From: Catajapyx aquilonaris | Taxonomy: Eukaryota | Direction of reading: 5' to 3' | NCBI GenBank assembly: GCA_000934665.2 | Contig: KZ539031.1 | Coordinates: 1 to 35,864, forward strand | DNA: 35,864 nt | Shown: in pieces, positions 11,161 to 21,374 of the stretch | How positions within the stretch are numbered: position 1 is the stretch's first letter | Layout of the letters: each line of letters starts with the position of its first letter | Notes under the pieces: model-generated | The model's database searches: none | Told to the model about the DNA's origin: nothing | Seen by the model: only the letters and a program-made list of their open reading frames with translations | Translations under genes and position numbers: made by a program

Positions 11161-12800
11161 ACGTCCATTTGAACACTTTCGCAAAGGATGAGGCACAAAA
11201 TATATGGGCGAGTGGCCTTCCGTTCGATTTGCCTTAAAATGGGATATGTTGCAGCCCAGACCATCCTGATGATTGTTGGATAGGGACATTTCGAGGTAGA
11301 ACCTACAGGGAGCATGCTAATGACCTCCGCAGGTAATAGGGGGAGTAGTAGACTACAATAAGTCTCAGGAACTCAATGGTTATTGCATTAAATTATCTAT
11401 TAATCTTTATTACCTATTCATCTGGTTCAAATTCTACTCCTTGAAGGTTGTCATCTGGAGTTTCCTCCAGCTGCACTTCAACATTCATTGGGTCAATGTA
11501 AGGAAGGTTTCTCTCACAGCAGTCTTCTAGCCTCTTCGATGAATAGCAATTAGCATGCTCCCTGTAGGTCCTACCTCACAATGTCCATATCCAACATTGA
11601 TCAGGATGGTCTGGGCCACAACATATCCAATTTTCAGGCAAATCGAACGGAAGGCCACTCGCCCATATATTTTGTGCCTCCTCCTTTCTTTTTAGTTCAT
11701 GGCAATCGTTTGTGCTTCATTTGTGCCAAAAACTGAAGGGCTCTATCTCTCACCATTCTCGAGATATTAATTTTTAACTTTTTGGGGCCGGCCTGACGAC
11801 CTTGAAATATTTGAATTTTCAGTGTGCCATTCGTTTGTGATTCGTTTGTGCTCTTTCCGTTCTCCAGATATTAATTATTTTTACTTTTGCTTGGGTCAGG
11901 GATGGAGTTGTGCTTGTCTTGGTAATGCTATAATAACAACAGTACAATACTGGCCGTTGGTTGTGGCCCTGCCAGGCACGGTTCGTCGCCCTGCATGATA
12001 TTTTTAGTTAATGCGGAGCGTTAGCGGAGCTGGGCGCTTATTATAGGTTTTGTATCCACAACATTTACTGACCGTCTTGTGGCGCCGCAGGCCAACAAAC
12101 TTATTGCGGGTCTAATGCTGCTGAGATGTACACAGCGGGGGAGAAATTGTCACAGGGGGCAAATATTCCGGGGGGCGAAATTGTCACGGGAGCGAATACT
12201 CCGGGAGGCAGAAACAATGTCTCCCGGAGTTTCACCCGTAGAGTATTTGCCCCCGTGACAACTTCGTCCCCGAAATATTAGCCCCATGACAATTTCTCCC
12301 CCGCCGTGTAGTCTACACCTGAGCAGCATTAAACCTACAATAACATTCGTTTGCCTGCGGTGCCACAAGACGGTCAGTAAATGTTTCGGATACAAAACCT
12401 ACATGAAGCGCCCAGCTCCGTATTTACTAAAAATATCCTGCAGGGCGATGAACCATGCCTGGCAGGGCTAAAAAAAGGCCAGTACTGTTGTGGTAACATA
12501 AAACCATATAGCATCACCAACACAAAGCGCAACTTCATCCCTGACCCAAGCAAAAGTAAAAATTAATATCTCGAGAACGGAAAGAGAACAAACGATGTGC
12601 TTTTCGGTACATACAGCACAAATGAATGGCGCACTGAAAATTCAAATATCTCAAGATCGTCAGGCTGGCCCCAAAAAGTAAAAATTAGAATATCATCTCG
12701 AGAACGGAAAGAGCACAAATGATGTGCTTTTCGGCACAAACGAAGCACAAACGATTGCCATGATCGAACAAGAAAGTGTTCGGGCCAACGTAATGGACGT
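11161..12800. mobile_element. Foldback/MULE-like non-autonomous element with 9-bp TSD
   Basis: TSD CTGCACAAA at 11152-11160 and 12801-12809; termini ACGTCCATT/AATGGACGT; arms of about 480 bp (11689-12160 vs 12285-12775); central short tandem repeats. Confidence 0.8.
11181..11688. mobile_element. MITE nested in the left arm of the 11161-12800 element
   Basis: Inverted repeats of about 140 bp (11183-11322 vs 11549-11688); segment absent from the host element's right arm. Confidence 0.75.
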
Positions 12801-12965
12801 CTGCACAAACACCATCTACTCAGGCATCCAGACTCCACTTATCCTGTTGAGCAAGTCTCAATGCCAGAACTTATGGGAATTGTGCTGTGCCTTCTACAGT
12901 CATATCATAGAAAGTAACATGTGGTAGGGAGCCTTACCTTATTTCAGGTGACAGCACTGTGCCTG

Positions 12966-13230
12966 TTGGTTGGTTGATGGGGGGGGGGGGGGGGGGGGGN
13001 AATCCAAAGCAACTAAGACTATCTGACATACAGGAGGGTAAGAGGGTAAGAGATTTTCGGACTGTGGGAAGAAATAGGAGAACCCTCGAGAAAACCTACG
13101 CGAACACAGAGAGAGCATCTCAAAACTTTTTCTACTCGAGAAAGTGTCTTCGGTCCAATCTGGGGATCAAATGCAGGACCTCAAAGGTGGGAGGATGCGA
13201 TGTTAGCCACTACACCACTGTGTCACCTTG
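12966..13230 (-). mobile_element. tRNA-derived SINE with V-domain-like core
   Basis: 10-bp TSD ACTGTGCCTG (12956-12965, 13231-13240); head GGTGACACAGTGGTGTAGTGG; core GTGTTCGCGTAGGTTTTCTCGAGGGTTCTCCTATTTCTTCCCACAGTCC; short (CCAA)n tail. Confidence 0.75.
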
Positions 13231-13282
13231 ACTGTGCCTGCATATGTATGTTTATGTAACCAACAGTGATATTACAATTATT

Positions 13283-14218
13283 GAAGACGTCACTTGCCAA
13301 AGGGCCCAAGTCCACAGGGTGAAATTTTTCAGGAGAGACTAAAAACTGCATATATGCGTAATTGCTCCACTCGAGTTTTTTGTGATGCTAATATGGCACC
13401 ATTATACACACCTAGTGGCATAAACATATTCTGCTAGAAAGCAATAGGTCAGAGTCTATTGAAGGTCAAAACCAGTGGACTTGGGCCCTATGACAAGTGA
13501 ACGCCCGCACCAACATTATTTTCATGTTGCAAATTTCCGTGGTATCGTCATGCCTGTCTATCTGAACACATCATATTCATGAAGTAGTGCTGTACTACAA
13601 AGAAAAGTGTGATCAGTTTTATTTCCATCCTATGTTAATTATTTTTATTTTATTTTTTTAACTGTACCCCATTATCGTGCCCTGGGCCCTTGTTAGGGGA
13701 GTGGGATACCACCATTTGTTGGAACCATATACTGGATATGTTTAGTTGTTCCAAGGGTAAGTAGGAGGGGATGTGCAAAGTGCAAGTGCAATGTCGTTTA
13801 TTGGTCATTTTGTGAACTCTCCCGGGTGGATTAGTCTAGCGGAAATTTCCACCCGAGACAAAGCCACAGATGGCCCAACTCTGCACGAGATGAAGGGTGG
13901 AACCCCGGGCTGGGATCGAACCCGGGACCTTAACATCTGTGGGCGTGTGCGTTACCGCAGCACCACTCCGCCTCCCCCTATGTTAATTATTATTAACATC
14001 AATCAGAATCTGATTTACTTCCAGTCAGTTGCCAAAGGGCCCAACTCCAGTAGTAGGCAATGGATTGCAAATCATCATATTCAATTTTAAGGCGCTTCTG
14101 ATTGACTTTGGCTCTTCATCTTCACCAGGGCTGTGAGGCCCGATTCCAAAAGTAGGAATTATAATAAACCGGTTTTTCAAAATTTTGGGACTTGGGCCCT
14201 TTGGCAAGTGACATCTTC
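13283..14218. mobile_element. MITE with GAAG...CTTC termini and (T/A)ATT flanks, interrupted by a SINE
   Basis: TIR GAAGACGTCACTTGCCAAAGGGCCCAAGTCC / GGACTTGGGCCCTTTGGCAAGTGACATCTTC; internal copies of the TIR motif at ~13477 and ~14027. Confidence 0.8.
13644..13978 (-). mobile_element. tRNA-derived SINE family B, copy 1
   Basis: A box TGGTGCTGCGG, B box GGTTCGATCCC, A-rich tail, 13-bp TSD TATGTTAATTATT (13631-13643, 13979-13991). Confidence 0.9.
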
Positions 14219-14222
14219 AATT

Positions 14223-14610
14223 GAATGGTTTGGTGCAAAAACCATGTCCACGTTTGTTACTTTCGTGAAATGACAAAATAACTAATTTTCCGGCCAATTT
14301 ATAAGTGTTTCTAATGATAATTTTTCGTTTCATATGAGGATGCACCAGACAGGTCTGATTTTTGAACCAAAAAAGATGCAGAAAGGCCCTCAAGATGGCA
14401 GACCCACCCATACCTCACTTTCTGCCAAAGGTGGACATATCTGGTTTTTGTACTATCAGTCCACCAAGAATTGTCGTAGCGGCAGCGCACGAGCTACAGT
14501 CTACGAGCACTTCTCCATTGACTTCTCCCCCCAGAAGTGCTCGTAACTGTAGTTCGTGCGCTGCCGCTGCGACAATTCTTGGTGGACTGATAGTACACAC
14601 CAAACCCTTC
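14223..14610. mobile_element. MITE with AATT TSD and an internal ~50-bp near-perfect hairpin
   Basis: AATT-GAATGGTTTGGTG...CACCAAACCCTTC-AATT; hairpin arms at 14450-14500 and 14546-14596. Confidence 0.75.
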
Positions 14611-14653
14611 AATTGCAGGTTTCAGACATAAACATGGCAAAATTACTGAAGTA

Positions 14654-15038
14654 CAGTATCGCTCATAAATAATGGTACGACTCTATAAACAAAATGTTTA
14701 TTCTGTTCCCAACCCCTGGGTCACCAGCATGGTTTTAGGAGTCATGAGGAAGGTTGGGAAAAGGCAAATAAAATCTAGAAAAAAAGAAGAAAAAAACAAG
14801 GCAAAGTAAGAAAATTTAAGGGGGGACATTCATCTCAAATCTATGTAAGCATTGTACCAGGTTGGACATTTTGGTAATAAAAAATTTCTGAAAAAGTTGG
14901 GAGGGGGTCATATGGGTCGCCAGAGATCTAGGACAAGTTGTCCATAGTGTCGCGACGAAATCAGGTTGGGAATAATGCTGGAGAGTCAGAAGAAACACTT
15001 CGTCCATGGAGTCGTACCATTCTTTATGAGCGGGACTG
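14654..15038. mobile_element. Tc1/mariner-type MITE (TA TSD)
   Basis: TA-CAGTATCGCTCATAAATAATGGTACGACTC...GAGTCGTACCATTCTTTATGAGCGGGACTG-TA. Confidence 0.8.
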
Positions 15039-15247
15039 TACACTCCTTTAGTCTTCCTGTTTCTTTCAAACGTGAACAATGTTAACTTGTTCTTAACATG
15101 TCTTCTGCAAATGCTGCATGTGTGCAACAGCAATTAGTTGCTTGTTGAGTTGGGAGAAGCACAAGCTTCCATACAGGCATATTTCGTAGGTGCCAAACAT
15201 ATGATCAATTAATAGTTCAACATAATGCTTAGCAAAAGAAACAAATA

Positions 15248-15798
15248 TAAGGAGTGATCAAAAAGCAATTGAGTGCTTTCATTGCAAATATACTTTAATT
15301 CACAAGGCAATGCTGTACACAGAATGAAGGGTATTTCTTTCTCTACATCTCCAAATACTGTATTTGCCATAAACATTTATGCATCTGTCCCAGCATCACA
15401 AAAGAATTTCCATGACAGGATGTTATAATTGGCCCAGCTGAGTGTAGAGCCATCTTCTAACTTGTTTCTTCGCAGTCTCATCACTGTGGAAATGTTGATT
15501 TGCAAAAAGAACTTTCAAGGGTCCAAAAATGTGGTAATTTCCTGGTGCCAAGTCCAACAGCAGGCTAACATTTCCAGTGGTGAGGAGATGAAGAAAGAAG
15601 TCAGAAGGTGGCTCCAAGCCCAGCTTCACGAGTTTTACTGCTGCGGCATGGAATAAGTTGTGTCATGCTGGGAAAAATGCATAAATGTTCACGGTAAATA
15701 TGCTTGGACAGGAAGAAAGAAAAAGCCTAACATTCTGCACCTTTCTGTGCAAATTTAAAGCTCGATGTAATTAATAGTGCATATTTTACCATCCCTCA
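15248..15798. mobile_element. Degenerate mariner-derived element made of two inverted transposase 3' ends
   Basis: Minus strand DLAPGNYHIFGPLK...FHSDETAKKQVRRWL; plus strand EEMKKEVRRWL...FY..G....WEKCINVHGKY; mariner-like ends TAAGGAGTGATCAAAAAG / TTTTACCATCCCTCA. Confidence 0.75.
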
Positions 15799-15849
15799 TA
15801 TATTTGAAAGTCCCACTTGACTGGATTGCTGAGTCCCTTAGGATATGTA

Positions 15850-16280
15850 CAGGGTGTGGAAATTTGACTTACTGTCACTTCGGGGGATGGTAGAGGGGTT
15901 CTAGGCAATCATTTAAGTACAGGTACTGCGGGACTCTGCAGCCTAGTTACCGAGATAATGGGCTCCATACACAAGATATAAAATATTCTGGCAGGTATGC
16001 GTCCCTCCATGAGAGACCCTACCTTTTTTATTAAAATTTTAGGTGTTATCATGCATTTTAAATTTAAGATACAATCTCATTAGGTGTACCAGGCAATGCT
16101 CTAGGTGATTGAAGCATCATAGGCTGTATCCGAAACAGAAGATGCTGTAACGTACTCATTATTAAACGTGACTTAGCTAGGTAACTATGCTGCAGCGATC
16201 CATGATAGGCATACTTAAAATGATGACCTAGAACCCCTCTACTATCCCCCAAAGTGACAGTAAGTTAAATTTCCACTCTG
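15850..16280. mobile_element. Tc1/mariner-type MITE (TA TSD)
   Basis: TA-CAGGGTGTGGAAATTTGACTTACTGTCACTT...AAGTGACAGTAAGTTAAATTTCCACTCTG-TA; TIRs of about 70 bp. Confidence 0.85.
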
Positions 16281-16282
16281 TA

Positions 16283-17090
16283 TGGGTGATTCTCCAAAAA
16301 CTTGCCAATACAATGAATACTATGGTCTGGCATAGTAATTCAAAAATAGACTGACTGAAACAGTTGATTTTTTTAAAAATCTGTAAAAGCAGTTGACACC
16401 TATCCATCCCCATGCAAACAAAAAGAAATTTTCAATTACTTTTTACTGCAAAAAATGTCTAAAGGCCTCAAATCACTCTCCTGGCATGTCCCGATCTTCT
16501 TTTTAGTCTGGACCAGCCCCTGGACACTCCCCCTATTATCAGCTCTTATAGCCTGACGGGGCTTTTTGCGGGAGGTGCTCCCTACCCTTTTACCGAAGTT
16601 CCACACTGTCCGGTAGGGTCGCCACATGTATTTACAGCTAAGTAAGGCGCTCTCAAGTGAGCAACTCCCGCAAAACGCCCCGTCAGGCGATAAGAGGGAG
16701 GACCAGACCTCAGTATTCTAAGGCCATGGTCTGGACGTTTTTTGGAGTGATGCAGCTAGGTCATGTCAAATGATTCAATTGTTTTAAAAATGTTGTTTTA
16801 TACCTTCAAGTATGTATAATTGAATTAGAGTATTAGAACTTGTCTCATTTTAATGATAAAATGGTAAGAAAATATAGTATGCTTTAAATGAAGATCTGGG
16901 CATGCCAGGAGAGTGATTTTAGGTACTTATACATTTTTTGCAGTAAAAGGTAAATGAATATTCTCTTTGTTTTCATGGGGATAGCTAGGTGTCAACTGCT
17001 TCTACAGATTTTTTAAAAATCAACCCCCTCTGTCAAGCCATTTTTTAGTTACATATCATGTGTCTTGGTAAGTTTTAGGAGAATCACCTG
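16283..17090. mobile_element. Long-TIR MITE (TA TSD) abutting the previous element
   Basis: TA-TGGGTGATTCTCCAAAAACTT...AAGTTTTAGGAGAATCACCTG-TA; arms of about 200 bp; internal hairpin 16543-16696. Confidence 0.8.
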
Positions 17091-17302
17091 TATATGTAAT
17101 TTTTGCAATCACGCCCAACATCCTATATGTGCAAAATCTGTACCAATACTCAGATGGAAGTGACATGAGTAATTTTCATATATCAAAATTTCCATTTCTA
17201 AGAATGCATTTGTGGAATTAGTGCTCCAGCAAAATATGTTGCTTGCCACCTTCTTTGGAAGTGTCCAAAAAAAAAAAAAATCAATTTGCAAGTGGCACAT
17301 AC

Positions 17303-17442
17303 TTGGGAGAGTTTCCAGGTGTGTTGCTACTGCTGGAAGAAGGAGAGCTTCTCCTTGGTGGAAGTGGTGGAGGAACTGAAGACTGGCCTTTACGATTAAT
17401 GACTGGGGATGATCTGGGAGAGATCATTGGACTTCTGCTTCC
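17303..17442 (-). CDS. Cbl: Cbl long-isoform exon: proline-rich (GSRSPMISPRSSP...VPPPLPPRR...GNSP)
   Basis: Acceptor tctctttctgttcaacag (phase 0), donor AA|GTATGT (phase 2); PxxPxR SH3-ligand motif. Confidence 0.9.
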
Positions 17443-17846
17443 CTGTTGAACAGAAAGAGATTGTGAAGCCATTTGGTAAAATAAGCCTGAAGATACAAGC
17501 TAATAACTCACTCTGCTTTCCGCTGTTTCTGACCTAGGTGATAATGCTAAGGCCTGCAATGCACTTGTTGCATTGCTCCAGTTATTGGTATCCTGCAAGA
17601 GCAACAAACACATGAATACATTTGCTATATGTAAGGGAGGAACCTGAATAGTGGAGCACGACAATTCCACACATTAGCAGTGCAAGTCTCCAAGGCAGGG
17701 TAACAAAAGCATGCTGGCTAAGGAACAAAAAATAAATGAAAACACGAAAAATTGACAAAACTGAACAAAAAATGCATCAGTGCAGATTAGCTTGAACGCA
17801 TGCAAACAGGTGTCGAATAAAAACAAAATAATGTCAAAATAAATTC

Positions 17847-17852
17847 TTTATT
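17847..17852 (-). terminator. Candidate AATAAA polyadenylation signal of the short isoform
   Basis: tttatt on the + strand, followed on the transcript strand by a U-rich tract; about 400 nt upstream of the next long-isoform acceptor. Confidence 0.45.
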
Positions 17853-19592
17853 TTGGCTACCATGATTGTAACACTGAATACACAAATCTACTCATCATAA
17901 AATAAAAACACACAGAAGCTTGATTGCAGCAACAATAAGTAATAATGATTGGAACACAAGTATTAAATTAGGGCACTTTGATGTTATCACACTTTTGCTC
18001 CCATTCGAGGAAATTTTCCTATGCATTCAACATTTATTACTAACTGTACATAATTACATTTAATACAACTATTCTAATAAACAAATGCTTTCCAAAAAGC
18101 AACATGACAACATTTTGCATGATTAAAACTGGTGAAGTAGATTGAGGAAATAACTGAACCACACCAAATGGAATGGCAATGACACAGTCTTACACAATTT
18201 TACTTGCAACTTAAGGCACCAAATAGCACCATCTTGCAAGTTCAGGGGTTCAATTTTGATATATACACTGTTTTCTGTCCTGTGCCAAATATGGCCATAA
18301 CATAAAACATTTATCCCCTTTAACATGCTATTACAACAAACATTTGAAAGCAATATTTGTGTGCTCCCAAAATTTGGCATCCAAAGTTGTAACAAGAAAA
18401 ATCCTGCACTGCAGTAATACTCTCTGTATATCCTGACTCCACCAGTATCCACAAAAAATAATGTAAACCTTTCCACTCCACAAATTTCCCATATTCTGAC
18501 TGCACATAAGCATGCACAAACAGTACATGCAAGACATCAAACAAGCACTAAGAAATAATTTACTACCACTTTTTTTTCTCTTTTTTTAAAGGATCCAAGC
18601 AACTATCAAATATTGATAAGTAGCCCAGTAATATGTAAGTATTTCATGAGGTCCAGTTTGTCCTGTCCAGTCTACCTCTGCTTATGTATACTGAATACAA
18701 TATTTTTAATAGCATCCCCCCCTCCCCTCACACGGTCCGCTGCACTGGGAATGTCCTGAAGTTCCTCAAGCCACATCTCAAATCTTTACCCACATCCTGT
18801 TTTGCAAGGACACATCCGTTAGGCATTTTCCCTCCCTTTTTTTTTCATTTCCTTCCAGCAAAAACTGTGAGGTTAGTGTATCAACATGGGCACCTTCCCC
18901 ACCTCCCCAGAACTTGAGGCCTGAGATGATCAGACAGATTAGGTTTCTTTGGTACTGGGAGTTATCTTTTGCTTTTTTTCCCATTTTACATTGGGTGAGG
19001 GTGACTCAGAAAGAGGAAGTGTGGGGAAAGCTTAATCACACTGCCTACAAGGAAGAGATTAATTATAGCACCAGGATTGTGATTGAACAAACATGTGCAC
19101 TTGACACCCCACTTGGCATAGCATTGTCTCTTGTGTGACATTTTTTAGCTTCAGTTCAAGACATGCTCATAAAAGCAATAGCAGCAAGTAGCAGTCAAGC
19201 CAAAACACAATAAAACAACAATGGAAGCTGCATCTGTTGCAATCATTACTGTCCAGATTCTTATCCAGTCTTTTCACTCATTTGTCAGCATTCCTTACTG
19301 TTTTCTCATCACGTTGCTGAAAACTAACTCAAAAACTGAAAACTTGGAATCCAGTTGTTCCTCATCCCATTACCCCAGTTCTGACTGCAAAGGCTGCTGG
19401 CACATATGGAATTCACCGCACCACCCAAAATAAATAAAAGCAAATGGCAATGGTTACAATAGGCACTAGTTCAGTCTCATGATGCTTTAACCTGGAAAAT
19501 CATGATATTGTTGACGAATAAATGTTGCCCCTTCCTTCTTCTCCGCGATATATTTTCTTATTCTGCGTATTTTTATATTTTGTTTGGCATAT

Positions 19593-19613
19593 CTAAGGGA
19601 AGGCAGAGTCATC
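19593..19613 (-). CDS. Cbl: Alternative terminal coding exon of the short isoform (DDSAFP*)
   Basis: Strong acceptor tgctttcatttccag, then in-frame GAT GAC TCT GCC TTC CCT TAG, followed by about 2 kb of repeat-free AT-rich sequence. Confidence 0.7.
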   Translation of the reverse strand, partial: DDSAFP

Positions 19614-19840
19614 CTGGAAATGAAAGCAATTCCATATGAAACAAAATTGTTCAGGACAAATCAGTGCCTTCAGAAGCAAACAGGATTAATCTGAATACTT
19701 GTCAAAATATCCCAGATGGCTCCAGATAAGAATCTGACTAGCAATGAACAAGGGCATGGTGATTTGTAAGAAGGCAACAATGATGACAAAGCAAAAACAG
19801 AAAAAAACCAGGTAGCTTAGCGTGGGACTTGCAATAATAC

Positions 19841-19981
19841 CTCTTCCTCATCTTCCAGGTCCACCAGGTTGCCTGTTGAGTTTGCCTTATGCTGTCTCTT
19901 TGGGTCAAAAGGATCCACCACTATCTGCTCAGTACCCTTTATCTCCGTCCGGCAGAAAGGGCATCCCTGGCCTTCAGAATC
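19841..19981 (-). CDS. Cbl: Cbl exon 6: RING C-terminus and tail ([27 protein letters not shown]...EDEEE)
   Basis: Acceptor ctcttcacag, donor GAG|GTATTA, 141 nt, phase 0-0; CPFCRxEIKG motif. Confidence 0.95.
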
Positions 19982-20484
19982 CTGTGAAGAGAGAAGTGGT
20001 ACATTTTGTATGCTAGTCGCTTAACTGTCGCTGTGGTAAAATGAATTACATGTCCTTTAAATAGTTTGCTTATATGAGATGGCATATTCCATGCTCTTTT
20101 CACTGTGTATTAATAATAACAGTACTGTAACTCATAATAATGATGCACTGTACTCCCGATTATTCGTGCTAAATGCATGGGTATGCTGGAAAACTGGAAA
20201 ACACTGATAATCCGGAAATACTTCTAAATATGGTACAAATGAGCTATTAATAGGTTTTAAATGAAAACTGGATGCTGCTTTAAATAAGGTTTAATCAAAA
20301 TAATAAAACTTACAATAGATTTTTAGTTGGACTTGTGGAAAAAGTCTGTTATATTTCTTTGTTTGCGAAACATATTGACATTTTTTCAGACTTGTATTTC
20401 TAACCTATTCTTTGGTGATGCATGGATAATCAGAAGTCCAGTGTATTTCCAAGAACCATGATATTGATTGGTTTGCATAAATAC

Positions 20485-20704
20485 CTGCCATGATGTAAGA
20501 CATGGTGTGCACAATAAGTGACCACAGGGTTCTATGCGGATGTCTTTATCATTCTCCGCACAAATTTTGCAGAGCTGAAATGTTGAGCCCATTTCACAAT
20601 ACAGCTCGTATTGCTCCTGCGTGACCTTAATGTGGTCCTCTGGCGTTGGCTGGACTGCCCAAGAAAGGTCAGGGTTCAGGTTCCTTCCATCAGGATACAG
20701 GTAG
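20485..20704 (-). CDS. Cbl: Cbl exon 5: linker helix and RING finger (FYLYPDGRN...[43 protein letters not shown])
   Basis: Acceptor tctccttag after a 62-nt intron, donor CAG|GTATTT; both regulatory linker tyrosines (YELY) present; C3HC4 pattern. Confidence 0.97.
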
Positions 20705-20766
20705 CTAAGGAGATAATCACAAATTTAAATTCTGTTGAGAGCTCTTGGTAGGCTGTTTTCACTTAC

Positions 20767-20904
20767 AATCCCTCCCGATATCCATCCAGGAGGGCTTGGC
20801 ACAGAGACTTGTTCTGGGGTATGGTCTGGAGGATGTTTCCATCTGCAGTTACATATCCAATGGCCCACTGGCCTAGCCTAGTGCAGCTCAGTCTGAACAC
20901 ATAA
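20767..20904 (-). CDS. Cbl: Cbl exon 4: SH2-like domain ([46 protein letters not shown])
   Basis: Hand translation; acceptor tttgttacag, donor TT|GTAAGT, 138 nt. Confidence 0.96.
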
Positions 20905-21041
20905 CTGTAACAAAAATGAGACACAAGTCAGAACCTATAGGGTGACATATCAGGCAAATCAGTTCTGCAACAAGATATTAAGTGCTTTCACCTTCAATAT
21001 GTGCAGCTAAGACTTTTAATAGACTGCAATTGCAAGGTTCA

Positions 21042-21374
21042 AGGGAGGCGGAGTGGTGCTGCGGTAACGTATGCGCCCACGGATGTTAAGGTCCCGGGTT
21101 TGAACCCAACCCGGGGTTCCCCCCTTCATCTCGTGCAGAGTTGGGCCATCCCTGGCTTCGTCTCGGGTGGAAATTTCCGCTAGACTAATCCACCCGGGGG
21201 AGTTCACAAAATGACCAATAAACGACATTGCACTTGCACTTTGCACATCCCCTCCTAGTCACCCTTGGAACAATTAAATATAAACATTATATATGGTTCC
21301 AAAAAATTGGCCCCTAAGAGGCCCTAGGGCCCTAGCACGGGGGGTACCAAATATATATATATAAATAAATACTC
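21042..21374 (+). mobile_element. tRNA-derived SINE family B, copy 2
   Basis: Closely matches 13644-13978 in the opposite orientation; TSD CAAGGTTCA (21033-21041, 21375-21383); AT-rich tail. Confidence 0.9.

Noticed and set aside
12140..12300. Short interspersed repeats resembling a CRISPR array
   Set aside because: Eukaryotic intron, few irregular units in both orientations, inside a foldback transposon, no cas genes.
12938..12962. 25-nt segment with AG acceptor and strong AAG|GTAAGG donor on the Cbl strand
   Set aside because: Has TGA in the phase-2 frame and a non-triplet length; could only be a poison exon, with no support.
13773..14090. Near-identical ORFs MQSASAMSF... here and at 21016-21246, and tRNA-like A/B boxes
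   Set aside because: Both arise from SINE copies with TSDs; not protein genes and not complete tRNA genes.
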